From NCBI RefSeq assembly GCF_006345805.1, contig NC_043000.1, forward strand, positions 126,480,001 through 126,544,000: a stretch of 64,000 nucleotides of DNA, in the 5' to 3' direction. Of the stretch, positions 49,697 through 63,374 are shown one piece after another; position 1 is the stretch's first letter, and every line of letters starts with the position of its first letter. Below the pieces are notes generated by a model. That model was not told the origin of the DNA. It did no database searches and worked only from the letters and a program-made list of their open reading frames with translations. The position numbers were made by a program, and so were the translations under genes. The stretch comes from Octopus sinensis (taxonomy: Eukaryota).

Positions 49697-52333
49697 ATGT
49701 AGATTAAAATATAGTAAATTTATTTTACGTTATTATAAGTAGTATATATTTCTTTACTACCCACAAGGGCTAAATACAGAGGGGACAAGCAAGGACAGAC
49801 AAACGGATTAGGTCGATTACATCGACCTCAGGGTGTAACTGGTACTTAATTTATCGACCCCGAAAGGATGAAAGGCAAAGTCGACCTCGGCGGAATTTGA
49901 ACCCAGAACGTAACGGCAGACGAAATACGGCTACGCATTTCGCCCGGCGTGCTAACGTTTCTGCCAGCTCGCCGCCTTATAAGCAGTATATTCAAAGTTA
50001 TTTTCATTCTAAACAAGATAGAGTGGGAGAAAAAAAAGGAAGGAGAAGACAAATGGATCCATCTCTGCCTGATTTAAAATGAAGAAAATAATTTGAAATA
50101 TCTTGAATATATTATTTATAAATAGCAAAATGAACTGACTATTTATTTACACTACATTGATGGAGCATAAAGACACAGAAATAGTTCGTTTATGAGTACA
50201 ATTATTGGAAAAATATGAAGTTTAAATAAATATAGATTTAATTGTGTAACAGTAATAATGTTTACAGTCACTTGAGAATATGTTATGTATGTATATATGT
50301 ATGTATGTATGTGCGTACGTACATATGTATGTATATATTTCACTGTTTCCTTCACACACACAAAAAAAAATGGATGTATCAAATTAACACAACTGCTCTT
50401 TTGATTACAGAATGTAACAGTCGACATAATGAGGGAAATTCAAAGGCATGACGACGATCTAGACATACTCACTTTTCACTTTACTCACTTTTACTTGTTT
50501 CAGTCATTTGACTGCGGCCATGCTGGAGCACCGCCTTTAGTCGAGCAAATCGACCCCGGGACTTATTGTTTGTAAGCCCAGTACTTATTCTATCGGTCTC
50601 TTTTGCCGAACCGCTAAGTGACGGGGACGTAAACACACCAGCAACGGTTGTCAAGCAATGCTAGGGGGAAAACACAGACACACAAACACATACATATATA
50701 TATACATATGTACATATATACGACAGGCTTCTTTCAGTTTCCGTCTACCAAATCCACTCACAAGACATTGGTCGGCCCGGGGCTATAGCAGTAGACACTT
50801 GCCCAAGATGCCACGCAGTGGGACTGAACCCGGAACCATGTGGTTGGTTAGCAAGCTACTTACCACACAGCCACTCCTGCGCCTATGTGTAACGAAGAGT
50901 CAAATCATTGTCACGAATCGATGCAAGAATGCCATGTATGTGCGCATTCATCTCGTGTTTAGGAGACATGCAATCGCAAAAAGGTAGCTGATACCAAGAG
51001 AAAATGCTAAAGAATTGAATAATTTCCAGACCACCTGAAATGCAATCTTTTAATCACTTATTAAACCTTTTTTATTCCCTGCATTAATTTAGAGCACGTT
51101 CCTTTCCCTTATTATTTTTTTTTTTCGTCTCCAGTTCAAGAAATTCAGCTACTAATTCCAGTAACAGTTCTGTTAAGACCCTTCCCGGGTCATATAGACT
51201 CATAGGATCGGTTTCCCGGTTTCCGTGGCGCATATATCACCTCTTCTGGACTTTAGACAGGATGCCGTTCTGCCGCAGGATTAATCATTTTTGCAAGCTG
51301 TGTGGATTGGAGCAACACGAAATGAAGTATTTTGCTCAAGAACACAACGCATCACTCGGTCCAAGAATCGAAATCATAATCATGCGATCAAGAATCCAAC
51401 ATCCCTAACCACCAAGCCATGAACTAATACCAGTGTGATTATTTCAAATTTCATACTTCTTTAATATCTATATCTATAAGCAGACTGTTTCTTCATTCTT
51501 TTGCTCCATCAGTATTGGCTTGGCTCTTGCTCTTGCTTAATGTGTCCAGTCATTTGCACGATAACTTCATGAGCAGGTTGTTCCATTGATCGAATCAACT
51601 GGAAAACTTGTCGTCGTAAACGACAGGGCCAGGCCGGCCTCAATCACAAGCTTCCAGGTTCGATCCCACAATACCTTAGTGAAGACTCTTTTGCTATATC
51701 TTTGGATTCATTAATAACATATAGGTGAAATTTTCTGGACAGAAACTTCTGCAGAGTTTCTGTCCAGAAACTGCATAAGGCGGCGAGCTGGCAGAAACGT
51801 TAGCACGCCGGGCGAAATGCTTAGTTCAAATTCCGCTGAGGTCGACTTTGCCTTTCATCCTTTCGGGGTCGATTAAATAAGTACCAGTTACGCACTGGGG
51901 TCAATGTAATCGACTAAATCCCTTTGTCTGTCCTTGTTTGTCCCCTCTATGTTTAGCCCCTTGTGGGCAATAAAGAAATAAGAAACTCTGCAGAAGTGTT
52001 ATTGATTCTTATTTTGTTTTGTAACTTAGCGATTTGAGACTTCGAAGTCGATAAATAAATACCAGCCTGAAATAAATATTGAGTTGGTATGATCAACTAA
52101 AACCATCTGATCTTACTCAATTACTAAAAAAACTGCGACCAAATTTACCGAATGGAATATTGTGACTACACTGAATAATGCAACCCAAGGAGATTTCGTA
52201 GACGTGTTCAATGGATTGGTCTTGCATGAGAAGTGAAAGAATCAAATACACTTACCCTTCTTCCAAACGAGAAAGCATACGAAAAAGCGCCTTGCTCGCA
52301 AAACTGAGTATGATTACTTGGACAGAGACAGAG

Positions 52334-52334
52334 T

Positions 52335-52422
<88 letters not shown>

Positions 52423-52430
52423 TGTGTGTG
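52334..52430. repeat. (GT)n microsatellite
   Basis: Directly visible. Confidence 0.95.
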
Positions 52431-52773
52431 ATAGTGATATAACGAAAGAGAAAAATTAGTAAAAAACGTTATGGGAGTAGTGCGCAATATATACGAGATG
52501 GGAGAAAGTAAAGAATGAGGGAGGGCCTAATAAAGGAAAGGTAGAAAGAGTTAAGTCAAGTATGGTGGGAGACAAGCGAAAACGCAAAGCAAAGGAGAGA
52601 GATGAACATAAGGATATATGTATACAAACGCACACGTTGCCAAAGCGGGAGAGGGAAAAAGGACGTTAAAAAAGAGTTTTAGAAGGAGCTTTCAGAGTAC
52701 TGAGATTAGGCCGTGGGTGTATGTAGTTTAATCATATGTGTGGTGTATGCACACATCTGCACGGAAGTGTATA

Positions 52774-53285
52774 CCGTAAATCCTCGAGTATAATCCGCAT
52801 TTTTTCCCCAAAATTTAAAGGTCTAAATCCCTAGTGCGTACTATATACGAAGTTAAAAATGAAAAATTTTTTCTAAGCAATGTCCAAGTCTCTAATTGCT
52901 GTCCAGCAATGTTTATTCAGACGCATTTTGTGATGTCGGGCGCGAAAATACCTTAAGCTAAGCCTGAAAGCAATGAAGTCATAAAAGAATCATCCATAAC
53001 TTGCAGTGAGCAACATTTATTAAACGTTATTACTGTTATTTCTTTATTTTCTGCAAACAAAATGAACAAAAAAGCTACACGTTTGCATTATGTTATATGT
53101 ACAATAATAATAAAGGGCGTTACCGTATACATTTTTACAAACCAAGGACGTTATAATAACCTTCTTGATTCAACTTAGAGAAGGGGTGTGTATTATACAC
53201 TAGGTTTAGGTTTTTCAGAGGTACAGCCTCCTAAAAATCCCCTGCGTATTATACTCAAGGGTGGACTATATTCGAGGATTTACGG
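52774..53285. mobile_element. Tigger/pogo-like MITE
   Basis: TA|ccgtaaatcctcgagtata ... tatattcgaggatttacgg|TA. Confidence 0.8.
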
Positions 53286-53389
53286 TAACCAAATAGATGT
53301 TGATAAAAACAGAAGAAATGAAAGGAAAATGTATGATGACCTAACAGCTTCTCTAGTTGTTTTAGTTATGTAGTTGCGAGCGGACTAAG

Positions 53390-54069
53390 GCTTCAGATCA
53401 TTTCTGTTTGGCTGCCAGCGTCAATTTCTGTTTGAATTGATTTCATATTCACTTTTATAGGCTAATGAATGCCGTGAAAATCATTTTCGCTGTAAATCAA
53501 TAAATAAAGAATTATTAGCAATTAAAGTTTGAAAATTTTGGGTAATTTTAGCCAGTCGTAAGCCACAGACACAATCATGCCTGTTTCCATAGTAACAAGC
53601 CGAACATGAAAACTCTTTTCTCCACGAGAAAGCACGTGTTGACAATTATATTGAAACCACATGTTGACAGTGTGTTCTACTGTTTTACCCACCGAAATGC
53701 TTAAACGTTTGTCCTTTTTTTAAAAATATTTAATTTGCAATGTGTTGTTTACCGCATTAAATGCATATGAAATGCTTAAAACTACAAAAGACGTGTTGTT
53801 TACTCATTTTTCGCGTGTAGAATACAAGAATATTGATAACATATGCTGTTTTCAGGATGTTGACAAAATGTGCTGTCACATACAAAATGACAGCTTCCAA
53901 ATACTGTTTCCTGACTGAGTGAAAATGATCAAATTTTAAACCTCTATAACTTTTGGAAAAAGTGAAACAATTCCAGCTATTCAGCTTGGAAAACTACATT
54001 AATGTGCCAAATTTTAAAATTTTCGATAAACTTTTGAAATGCTGGTAGCCAAACAGAAAAGATCCGAGG
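53390..54069. mobile_element. MITE with about 30-bp TIRs
   Basis: cttcagatcatttctgtttggctgccagc versus gctggtagccaaacagaaaagatccgagg. Confidence 0.65.
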
Positions 54070-55631
54070 TTTTCAATTAACATTCTCAGCTTTGACCCAG
54101 CGGAACTCGAGGATGTGAGAGCTAGAGAGAGAGAGAGAGAGCGATAGAGATGTACCAGTACTACGCTGGTTCCTATTTCCTGTCGACTAAACAGATGATG
54201 GAGGCAAATTAGTAAATTTCAGTACGTGGTGAAAACTATTGAAGGATATATGTATGAGTTGCACTCGGGTGAGTGAGGTGAAACCAATGTAATCATCGAT
54301 GAAACACCTGTGTAACTCTGAGATTAGCCCAATAAACTATGAATATTTGGGATTCAGTATGACCAACGAACAAATTGGCGTAATTTGACTTCATTTTGGT
54401 GACAATGGTTACTTTGCCCTGCTATTGATAGAAATCAAAGGAGAAAAAGAACTTCGGACGAGGACAAGTTCAGAGGAATGAAGTGTATTGATAATGTGTT
54501 GAAAGACCAAGAGGTTGTCAAAATGAGGGATGAAGGTATATTTCAAGTCCACAATGAAAAGAAATCTAGAGAATCCAGGAACAAAGGAAAAGAAGTTGAA
54601 GAAGTGGAGGGCACGGTTGGTTCCTTGGTATAAACGGGAGGGAAGCAACTAATCTATCCTGTTAGGAGTTAACGCTGCGACGAAATTATACAGATATATA
54701 AAGAGGTAGCGAAGTAATGGCCTCAGTGAACTGAATATCCAATCTAGTCATGAGTCATGCGTGATATTGATATCTAACAATGACACAATACTTAAAATAG
54801 TCGATTTGATTGATCGCATTACATGAGTAGAATTTATTTTACATATCTCAGAAGTATGAAAATTAAAGTTGATCTCGGTGGAATTTGAACTAATAACAAA
54901 GGTATTTTCTTCGACGCTTTATCAGTTCGACCAATCCGCTGACAAAAATCTGACATTCATAGTAAGCAAAATATGAAAATAAAATTATAATCTTCAGATT
55001 TAAGTAATAAAATTATGTGATTGAAGAAAATTTATAAAAAGGAAAAAAAAAAATAGTGAGAGATCGAGAGAGATCTCAAGCTAGAATGACAAAGAATTCC
55101 ACGCGTTACCTCAGAAGACATAGGGAGTATTTGTTGACAAATTAAATTTTATTTTATTTTTCAGGAATGAGGTTAACATCTGAAAAAGATATTGTGTAGA
55201 TCGTTGATTTTAGGGAGAAAGATAAGAGATAAAACTAAATACATAACAAACAACTGCCAGGAATATCAAGTGTATCTTTTTCCATGAGATTTTAAACATT
55301 AAAAGCAAAACTATCTATCATCTATACAATACCGTAACTGCATTAGAGGACACACCTGTCAGGTGAGATTTAACGCATGCGTAATACAGCAAAAACAAAA
55401 CAAAACTTTAGTGACACATTGAGGTAGAAAAAAAAAGATCTTAGGAAATAAAGAAGCATGATGTTGGAGGAGCTAAAACACCTTTTAAATTTCCCCTGTT
55501 TTATATTTATATTGTTTCATTGTTGTAATGCCGAAAGAATTAGTAAGTATAAACTTAATATTTTATGAGAAGTGCGTATGTATGTATGCATTGTTTCCAT
55601 ACACAATGGAAACAATGTAATCGAAGGCTAA

Positions 55632-56068
<437 letters not shown>

Positions 56069-57241
56069 AATAGTAAAAAGTGAAAAAACTACAGAAGGCT
56101 TGTTTTAAAAGGTTAAAAAATATATATTTGAGTCATTATGTCTGAAGAATGTTATAAATTTTTTTCATACAATGACATAGTTTTTGAAGAAATGACCAGT
56201 TTCGCGTTCAGCTTGTCAAATTTCTTACATCGTTATGTTTACGTTGAGAAGTGTGAAGGAGAGAGTTATATATATATGTATGTATGACTAACCTTCGATT
56301 AACAATGTAATCGAAGAATAGCCATACGCACACATAGATTTCGTTTTGGGATTTGGTTTGCAAGATTCTTTATGAGAGTTTGTGTGTTGAAACATATTCT
56401 GTTGTGAGTGCCTTATAATTTAACACACTCACCTGTAAGGTTTCCATTCATTTCCTTATTTATTTTTCTGAAATTTTCGTTGTTGACTGTCCGTTATCCA
56501 AGCTACATTCTTTTTGTTTGTTTGTGTGCATGTGTTAAATTATAAGGCGCTAAAAGACGTGTATGTATGCATGTATATGCGTGGCTATCCTTCAATTAAC
56601 AATGTAATCGAAGAATAGCATCTATCTATCTATCTATATATATATATATATCCTTCGATTGCATTGTTTGTTTCCATTGTGTTGTACGATGTGTGGAGGA
56701 GAACCAAAGTTTATCGAGAAGGATAAAACAAAAGTCAAACTTAAACTAAAGGAACAAAAACGTTGTATAGATGTCTTGCAAACAACTTGCACATGCAAGT
56801 GCTACCAGTCAAAAGCTCCGTATACCGGAAGCCAGCAAGTGTATGGGGTCATCAGGAGAGAATGTACGCCATTTCGGGGCCTACCTCTCGATGGCATCAA
56901 TGCGCACCAGCCCTCCTCACTGATATGAGGCCCCGCTTGCTAGATCAGCTGGTTATGAAGTTAAACTCAATATCCTTCTAGCCATCGCTCATCGTCTCTT
57001 TTTAACCAAATCCAGTGGCTAGCCTTCTCCACTGTAGATTGGATATCAGTCATGGTGGTATTGACTTTACGATGAGTTAGGCCTAGCGATAACAAGTTTT
57101 TTTTAATGTAAAAGAAAGCAAAAACACGGACAGCAAAAGTAAACATTGTATGTGTACTAATGTGATTAGTAAAATAACTTCCTGTCATAGGTTATTTATG
57201 CTCAAACGCAAATTGTGTGTGTGTGTGAATAATAGATCTCT

Positions 57242-57442
57242 TCATGGAACGTCCTTCCCTATATCTGCCCACTATTCTTCGGTACAAAACTATTCGGGCT
57301 CACTAAACCCAATGGAAACATGCGCCCCATTGTGGTCGGCTGCACCCTGCACTGTCTCACTGAAAAGGTGTGCTTACAATCGGTCTCTAGCTTATTGGAG
57401 AAGGAATTTTCCCCCACCCAGCTAGGAGTGGGCATCAAATAG
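57242..57442 (+). mobile_element. CRE-like RT fragment
   Basis: Frame not in the ORF track: ICPLFFGTKLFGLTKPNGNMRPIVVGCTLHCLTEKVC...PTQLGVGIK, resembling CRE RT 'L.AL.K..GG.RPIAVG..LRRL..K...QLGVG'. Confidence 0.7.
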
Positions 57443-58855
57443 ATACAAGGCCAGACATTTTGGGGAAGAGTAGAATGGATTCAATTGACTCTAGAAGGAT
57501 AAAATGCAAATTTGAATTGAGAATGTGAAGGGCTGTACCTAAACACCACAAGGCATGTCATCTGATGCGCTAATAATTTTGCAAATCCATTGCCCTTGTC
57601 TTCTTGTAAGCAGTTGTTTTTTAATTAAAATTATGGAGTATTATTTCATGACATTCATGTTTGTTATGCGGAGGTGCGTGCGTTCTGTCCAGCTGGGGAA
57701 CATATACGCCATAGAAAACGGGAAACCGGGCCCATGAGCCTGGCTAGGCTTTAAAAAGGGTGCATTTATTTTTTATTATGTTTGTTATAAACCCAAATTG
57801 GAATGTCTAAGTTAAAAAGGTTTTAATCAACTAAAAATACAGTAATCTACAATACAAGCAAAGATTGTTAAATTGTAAGCAAAACTAAACTTCAACACAA
57901 TAACAGTTTTATGCAGCGAGTTGCTACAGCCTTGACTGACTATAAACTAACACTGAATGCGATGTGCCATAAACAAAACAGAACTCTGCGCAGTTGCACT
58001 GCAGGCAAATAACAGCAATCGAGACAAAGTTACATGATCAAAACTAAAATCACAACAATGTTCCTTGAGATACCATTAATTCAAATTCCTCAATTTCCAA
58101 GAACATTTATTTAAATTTCTGAACTCCTTATATTTTCCATCACTCTTTGTATAATCAAACAAAAGTGAAGCAACATGAATTTCAGTATTAAATTTTACCG
58201 CTTTTATTAACTCAAGTAATATTGTATGGAATATTAAGCAAGACAAACCTAGAATTTCCTCCAGCAATTACTTAGCTGTAGTAAACTTCCTACTTATTTG
58301 GCATTATATCATTTTAATTTCATTAATGCAGTTGAACTGAGTTTAAATAACATTTCAATAAACTATGTACTTTCAAATCTTAACCTGTTTCCTCTATTTT
58401 ATCATCATCCATCAAACTTAGATTTTTTAGTGTTGGCATAAGTTTATCTGATCAATATGAAAACATTTCCATATGTCTTACTTCTTCATCATTTTACCTG
58501 CAATGCATTAATGTTCTGCAGTCTCATTTTCCTGACTTGTTTATCTTCTGCAGCCATTTCACACAATTTCTCACTTGGGGATTAAATTTGTATTCTTCAC
58601 TGTCAACTTGGATTGATTTCTAATCAATCTAGCTTACAATTCTGATGGGTAACTTTGTGAACCAATTTTCTGAAGTTTCTGTAAGAAAAACATTCAATAA
58701 TTTATATCACAAGTTGAAAATCTTGGTAACTTCTTCCTTCCTAATGTTCTATATATTTTTAAAGAGGTATTTTTTGAAAAAATATTTCACAGAAAGAATT
58801 CTTCTTTTTGTCTCTCAATCTACCTGTGAAATGAATTTTGAACTCAAAATATTTA

Positions 58856-58954
58856 TTCAGACAGTACATATTCTAAAATTGGAACGATACAGAGAAAATT
58901 AGTATGACCCCTGTGCAAGGATGACATACAAATTCGTGAAGCGTTCCATATTTT
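58856..58954 (+). pseudogene. U6: U6 snRNA pseudogene (degenerate retrocopy)
   Basis: cagtacatattctaaaattggaacgatacagagaaaattagtatgacccctgtgcaaggatgacatacaaattcgtgaagcgttccatatttt aligns to canonical U6. The ACAGAGA box is kept, but the AGC triad reads AGT, there are several other substitutions, and the 5' end is decayed. Confidence 0.92.
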
Positions 58955-59109
58955 CTCCAGCATGGCCACAGTCAAATGACTAAAACAAGTAAAAGAGTAA
59001 AAATGTTTCAAACTTTGAAACATCACTGAGATAGTAAAATATGACATCAATCTATGTATGAAGTATCTTAGTCTATTGTGCCACCACTATGTACATTTAA
59101 CATGACTGC

Positions 59110-59938
59110 GGCTAATGCAGAATAGCACATCTCCTGGAAAAATTCATTTTTTTAAAAAATTCTTTTGCATCTCTATGTTTTAGATGCTGGAGATTACGAA
59201 TATGCAAAAGAAAATTTTTTTTAATTTCACCCCCAGTTTAAAATTTTGAATTTTGTTTTGAAATTTTTTTCCTATGTTTTAGATGACAGAGGGTCCAAAT
59301 ATGCAAGAAACTGCATTTTCGAAATTTTAAATTCAATAAGCATATAGATATGTGTATAGATAGATAGACAGACAGACAGGCAGATAGATAGATGTGAATG
59401 TCTTCCTGGAGCTAAAAACAACAGTAACACTGTCTTCTATAGGACTGCCATATTTAGTTGACAAATATATTTTATGAATAAACAGGCAGTGATAAATAGA
59501 TAGACAGATAAATAAACAAATGGATGAAAAAAGTTCAAAATTTAAAATTGGGGTAAGGGGTGAAATTTGAGCCCCTTATTAAACTTTATAATATTAATTA
59601 TTAAACATTGTTTGTTTCTCAAAAAAATGGTGTATAATATTTGATTTATATTCAATTATTATTTATGATTATTTAAGGCAAACACAAGTAAAAAGCAAAT
59701 TCTTTTCACTTTAATGTTTTTGATTATATCTAATTTCAATTTCCATATATTCATCAATTCGCTATAATCTCTTTAAAGTAAACAAAATCAAAAATTTAAA
59801 TTAGTGTTGTGGGGTGGGGGAGTGATTAAAAATTTTTTTTTTGCATATTCATAATCTCCAACACCTAAAACGTAGGAATCTAAAAGAATTTTTTTTAAAT
59901 GCATTTTTTGAGGAGAAGTGTGATTCTGTATTAGCCCC
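59110..59938. mobile_element. MITE with about 110-bp imperfect TIRs
   Basis: ggctaatgcagaat...gatgctggagattacgaatatgcaaaa is mirrored by ttttgcatattcataatctccaacacc...attctgtattagcc. Confidence 0.7.
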
Positions 59939-60619
59939 ACATGATCTATATATATTTCTTTATTGCCTACAAGGGGCTAAACACAGAGGGGACAAACAAG
60001 GACAGACAAATGGATTAAGTCGATTACATCGACCCCAGTGCGTAACTGGTGCTTAATTTTTCGACCCCGAAAGGATGAAAGGCAAAGTTGACCTCGGCAG
60101 AATTTGAAACCAGAACGTAACGGCAGACGAAATACGGCCCCAGGACTTATTATTGTAAGCCTAGTACTTATTCTATTGGTCCCTTGTGCTAAACTGCTAA
60201 GTTACTGGGATGTAAACAAACTAAATTGATTGACAAGTGATGGTGGGGGGACAAACACAGACACACACGTAAATATATATATATGTATATATATGATGAG
60301 CTTCTGTTAGTTTCTGTCTACCAAATCCACTCACAAGGCTTTGGTTGGCTCTAGGCTATTGTAGAAGACACTTGCCCAAGATGCCATGCAGTGGGACTGA
60401 ACCTGGAACCATGTGGTTGGGAAGCAAGCTTCTTACCACACCTGCACCTATATGTTTTTCAATTTTCATTTTTTTACTTTTCCCAAATACATTTGATATT
60501 ACATTAATAACATCAATTGAGAGATGAAGTTCACTTCTTTGATGTATGCTCTGCACAACTCTGATAAAATACAATTTTATATATTACAATCTTATGATAT
60601 TGGATCATCTCATATATAA

Positions 60620-61390
60620 TGCGTTTTTTTTATACTTCTTTTACTTTTGAAAATTAAGACAAACAAAATTCTTTCTTAATCTAAAATATACTCTCCTTCA
60701 TTTTCTACAATGCTCTTCCATCTATCTGGTAGACATACAAGGCCCTTCTTCCAAGATACTCCTCCAGTACTGTTCTGACCTCGTCTACAGAATTCATATT
60801 TTTTCTGTCCAGAAGACTGCAGAATAAATGATAATCAGATGGGGCAATCTCTGGTGAAATAGGTAGGTGAGGCATCGTTTTCCACTGAAACTGCTCCAGC
60901 CTTTGGAATGTCATCCTCGCTGTATGTGGCCGAGCATTATACTGATGGAAGAACACTTTGTCTTGAAACTAAAGATGATTGCTTTTCTTCTAGTGCTGAC
61001 TTGAATGGCTGGTTGAATGACCAAATCCAAGCTTCTCTGCTAGTTCCTCAACAGTTACAATGGGATTTTGTTCCACCAGGGTTTGCAAGACATTCTCATT
61101 GCGCTCTACAGATCTTCCAGGACGAGGCTTGTTTTCTAGGTTGTAGTTTCTGGCTCGGAATTTCTGGAACCACCATTGACACAGGCTTACATTTATTGTC
61201 CAATCCCCATATACTGCATTAATATTCCTCGCACTTTCCATTGTGTTGTTGCCTTTATTGAATGCATAAATTAAAATATGTCGAATATACTCCTTTGTCA
61301 CTTCCATAGCTTTAAAAAAATAACTGTTAAAATCGAACTGCACTCTTCAAAATTTGCACTAAGAATAAGCACAAGGTAAAATTACTACCT
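60620..61390 (-). mobile_element. Mariner transposase remnant with internal deletion
   Basis: MEVTKEYIRHILIYAF...WFQKFR...LENKPRPGR (HTH) and HQYNARPH...PHLPISPEIAPSDYHLF (degenerate YSPDLAPSDYHLF). Confidence 0.88.
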
Positions 61391-61563
61391 GATGCAGGTA
61401 GTTTATCCCATCCTCCTCCGACTTTGAGTTCATGCAATTGATAAAACCACATTATGGGATGATCCAATACATTATAAGCATTTTTGTAAATAATTTGAAT
61501 ATTTCCTAGTTTACCATTGTAGTATTTTCTTATAGAAATAACTAAATTTATTCTGTTCTTCAG

Positions 61564-61799
61564 TTGATATGGAAAGTTATGACTGTGTCCACACGGAACC
61601 ATTTCAAGTCAGTGACAATGATTTGATGAGAGTCAGAGCACAGCCTCGACATGACAGAGGAGATAGATTCAGATGCAAAATTACACTACAGGCACCGCAA
61701 GGAAGATTTCTCTATGTGTATATTGCAGATATCGATATTAAAGAATGTGGTGTAACTTTAAAATTCTATGATTATTATTATAATAGTCAAAATATGATT
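61564..61799 (+). CDS. Gene C exon, N-terminal part of a probable CUB-like extracellular domain
   Basis: Acceptor ttcttcag, donor gtaagt, phase 1-0. Encodes ...YDC...FRCKITLQAPQGRFLYVYIADIDIKECGVTLKFYD..., resembling the CUB 'C.W.I.A..G..I.L.F..FDL...C...L.IYD' pattern. Confidence 0.7.
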
Positions 61800-61889
61800 G
61801 TAAGTATGAGCTTTTGTTCTTTCTTATTCATTGAAAAATACATAATTCTTTTTCTTTTTTTAATGTAAAATTTTTATAATAATGAAATT

Positions 61890-62310
61890 ATTGTGTACAG
61901 TACTCAGGTGCACCACAATTTGTCAAAAGTGCATATAAAACATATGCAGTAATGTACAAATGTCTGGAAAGTGAACAGTGTATGAAGCAGATACGTGCTT
62001 GCATGTGTCTGGAGGGGAGAAAATCAGGTGTAGTGTTGGTGAATCTCAGGAAGCATGGAAGTTCTGAAGGATGCTGTGCTCCAACAACTAACAACAGATG
62101 CTGGCAGTTTGTTCCATACTTCCACAACTCTTAGTGCGAAAAAATATTTCCGAAAGTCATGGTAGCTGTGCTGTTTTCTGACTTTGTAAACATGTCCATA
62201 GGTGTTAGACAGGCGGAGTTTGGAAAGGTGCTCAGAGTTATTGTTTGTAAGATGGTTAATAATTTTATGGGTGTCTGCCAAGTCAGCTACCAGACGTCGG
62301 AGTGATTTAT
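61890..62310 (-). mobile_element. CR1-clade LINE 3' fragment (gene C intron)
   Basis: Homologous to 21870-22375 (ORF 62024..62281: HKIINHLTNNN...FRKYFFALRVVEVWNKLP). Confidence 0.85.
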
Positions 62311-63241
62311 GCCAAAAATCACTGATGCTCTCAAAAGATTGTACTGAAGTACTTCTACAAACTATTGTAAATTTCCCTAAGATGTTTATATCAAAACTGT
62401 ATCTGAATCAAGATATAAATGCAAACTTCACCTGTCACTCGTTGCTATGCATGTGAAAGATAAGCTGAAGAATTTTAGAAAGTTTAGTTACTTTTGTGCT
62501 GAGATTTTCATAAAGCAAAACAAAAGTCTGTGAATTTTAACATGTTAATTGCCTCATGTAGCACCAGTGGTTCATTGCAAACTTCACACAACTGCCATAT
62601 GCACCACATGTAGTTGGTAAATTTTCATGATTTGAGAAAATATTTTATTCTGTATCCACGGTGATATGGTTTTGAGGATATTTAAATAATACAAGTGCTA
62701 AATATTAAAGTTTAATTGTGAAATATTGTAAAAATGTGAAAAAAAAGAAAAAACAATATATTTCCTTGTAATTAAATAGTACGCAGTATAACCAGAAACA
62801 TGTGGCACCACTGGTCATTTCAAGTAACAGGCTATGACAGTTAACATGTTAAATATTGTCCTTAATTGTTTTGTAGCTCTTAAAAAATGGCTCCATGTTT
62901 TGTACATGGCTACATTGTTAGTCTTCATCTAAGTGTTCTAGCCATGACCATTCCATCTTATTTTCCAGACAGTGTATCAAAGACTATATTGTCCAATGTA
63001 TTATTATTACTATTATTATCAGAAAGTTGTGACATGATGAAAATTTGGCTGTATAGTTTTCTGGCAACTACCTCAAACATTTTATCTTACTCTGATTTTT
63101 TTGTTCAACAAATATTTATTTTTTTGTGTGTGTGTGTGTGTGTGGGGGGGATAAATCTTTTTAGAAGCAAAATATTAAATAACTATAAAAATTTAAGTAT
63201 AACTAATTACTTATATGTTTTGTTCTACTTTGTATTTATAG

Positions 63242-63374
63242 AAAGAATCAACTTGCAAAACAGCACCAGGGGCTTATTTCCAGACCCGTAGTAATACTTT
63301 AATTGTGGAACTTAACAAACTAACAAGTTCAAATACTGTTTACCGATTCTCTATATTAACAGCTACAAATCATG
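63242..63374 (+). CDS. Gene C exon, C-terminal part of the CUB-like domain
   Basis: Acceptor tttatag, donor gtaagt, phase 0-1, in frame with the previous exon. Encodes KESTCKTAPGAYFQTRSNTLIVELNKLTSSNTVYRFSILTATNH, resembling CUB 'C....P....S..N.L.V.F'. Confidence 0.7.

Noticed and set aside
58511-58585. Signal-peptide-like ORF MFCSLIFLTCLSSAAISHNFSLGD as the first exon of gene C
   Set aside because: There is no GT donor in phase 1 before the stop codon.
58050-58800. Possible decayed gag-like coding sequence on the - strand
   Set aside because: It has multiple stops and no diagnostic motif, so it is too degenerate to call.
58856-58954. Functional U6 gene
   Set aside because: The catalytic AGC triad is mutated, the 5' stem is decayed, no upstream PSE/TATA arrangement is recognisable, and it is fused to a SINE tail.
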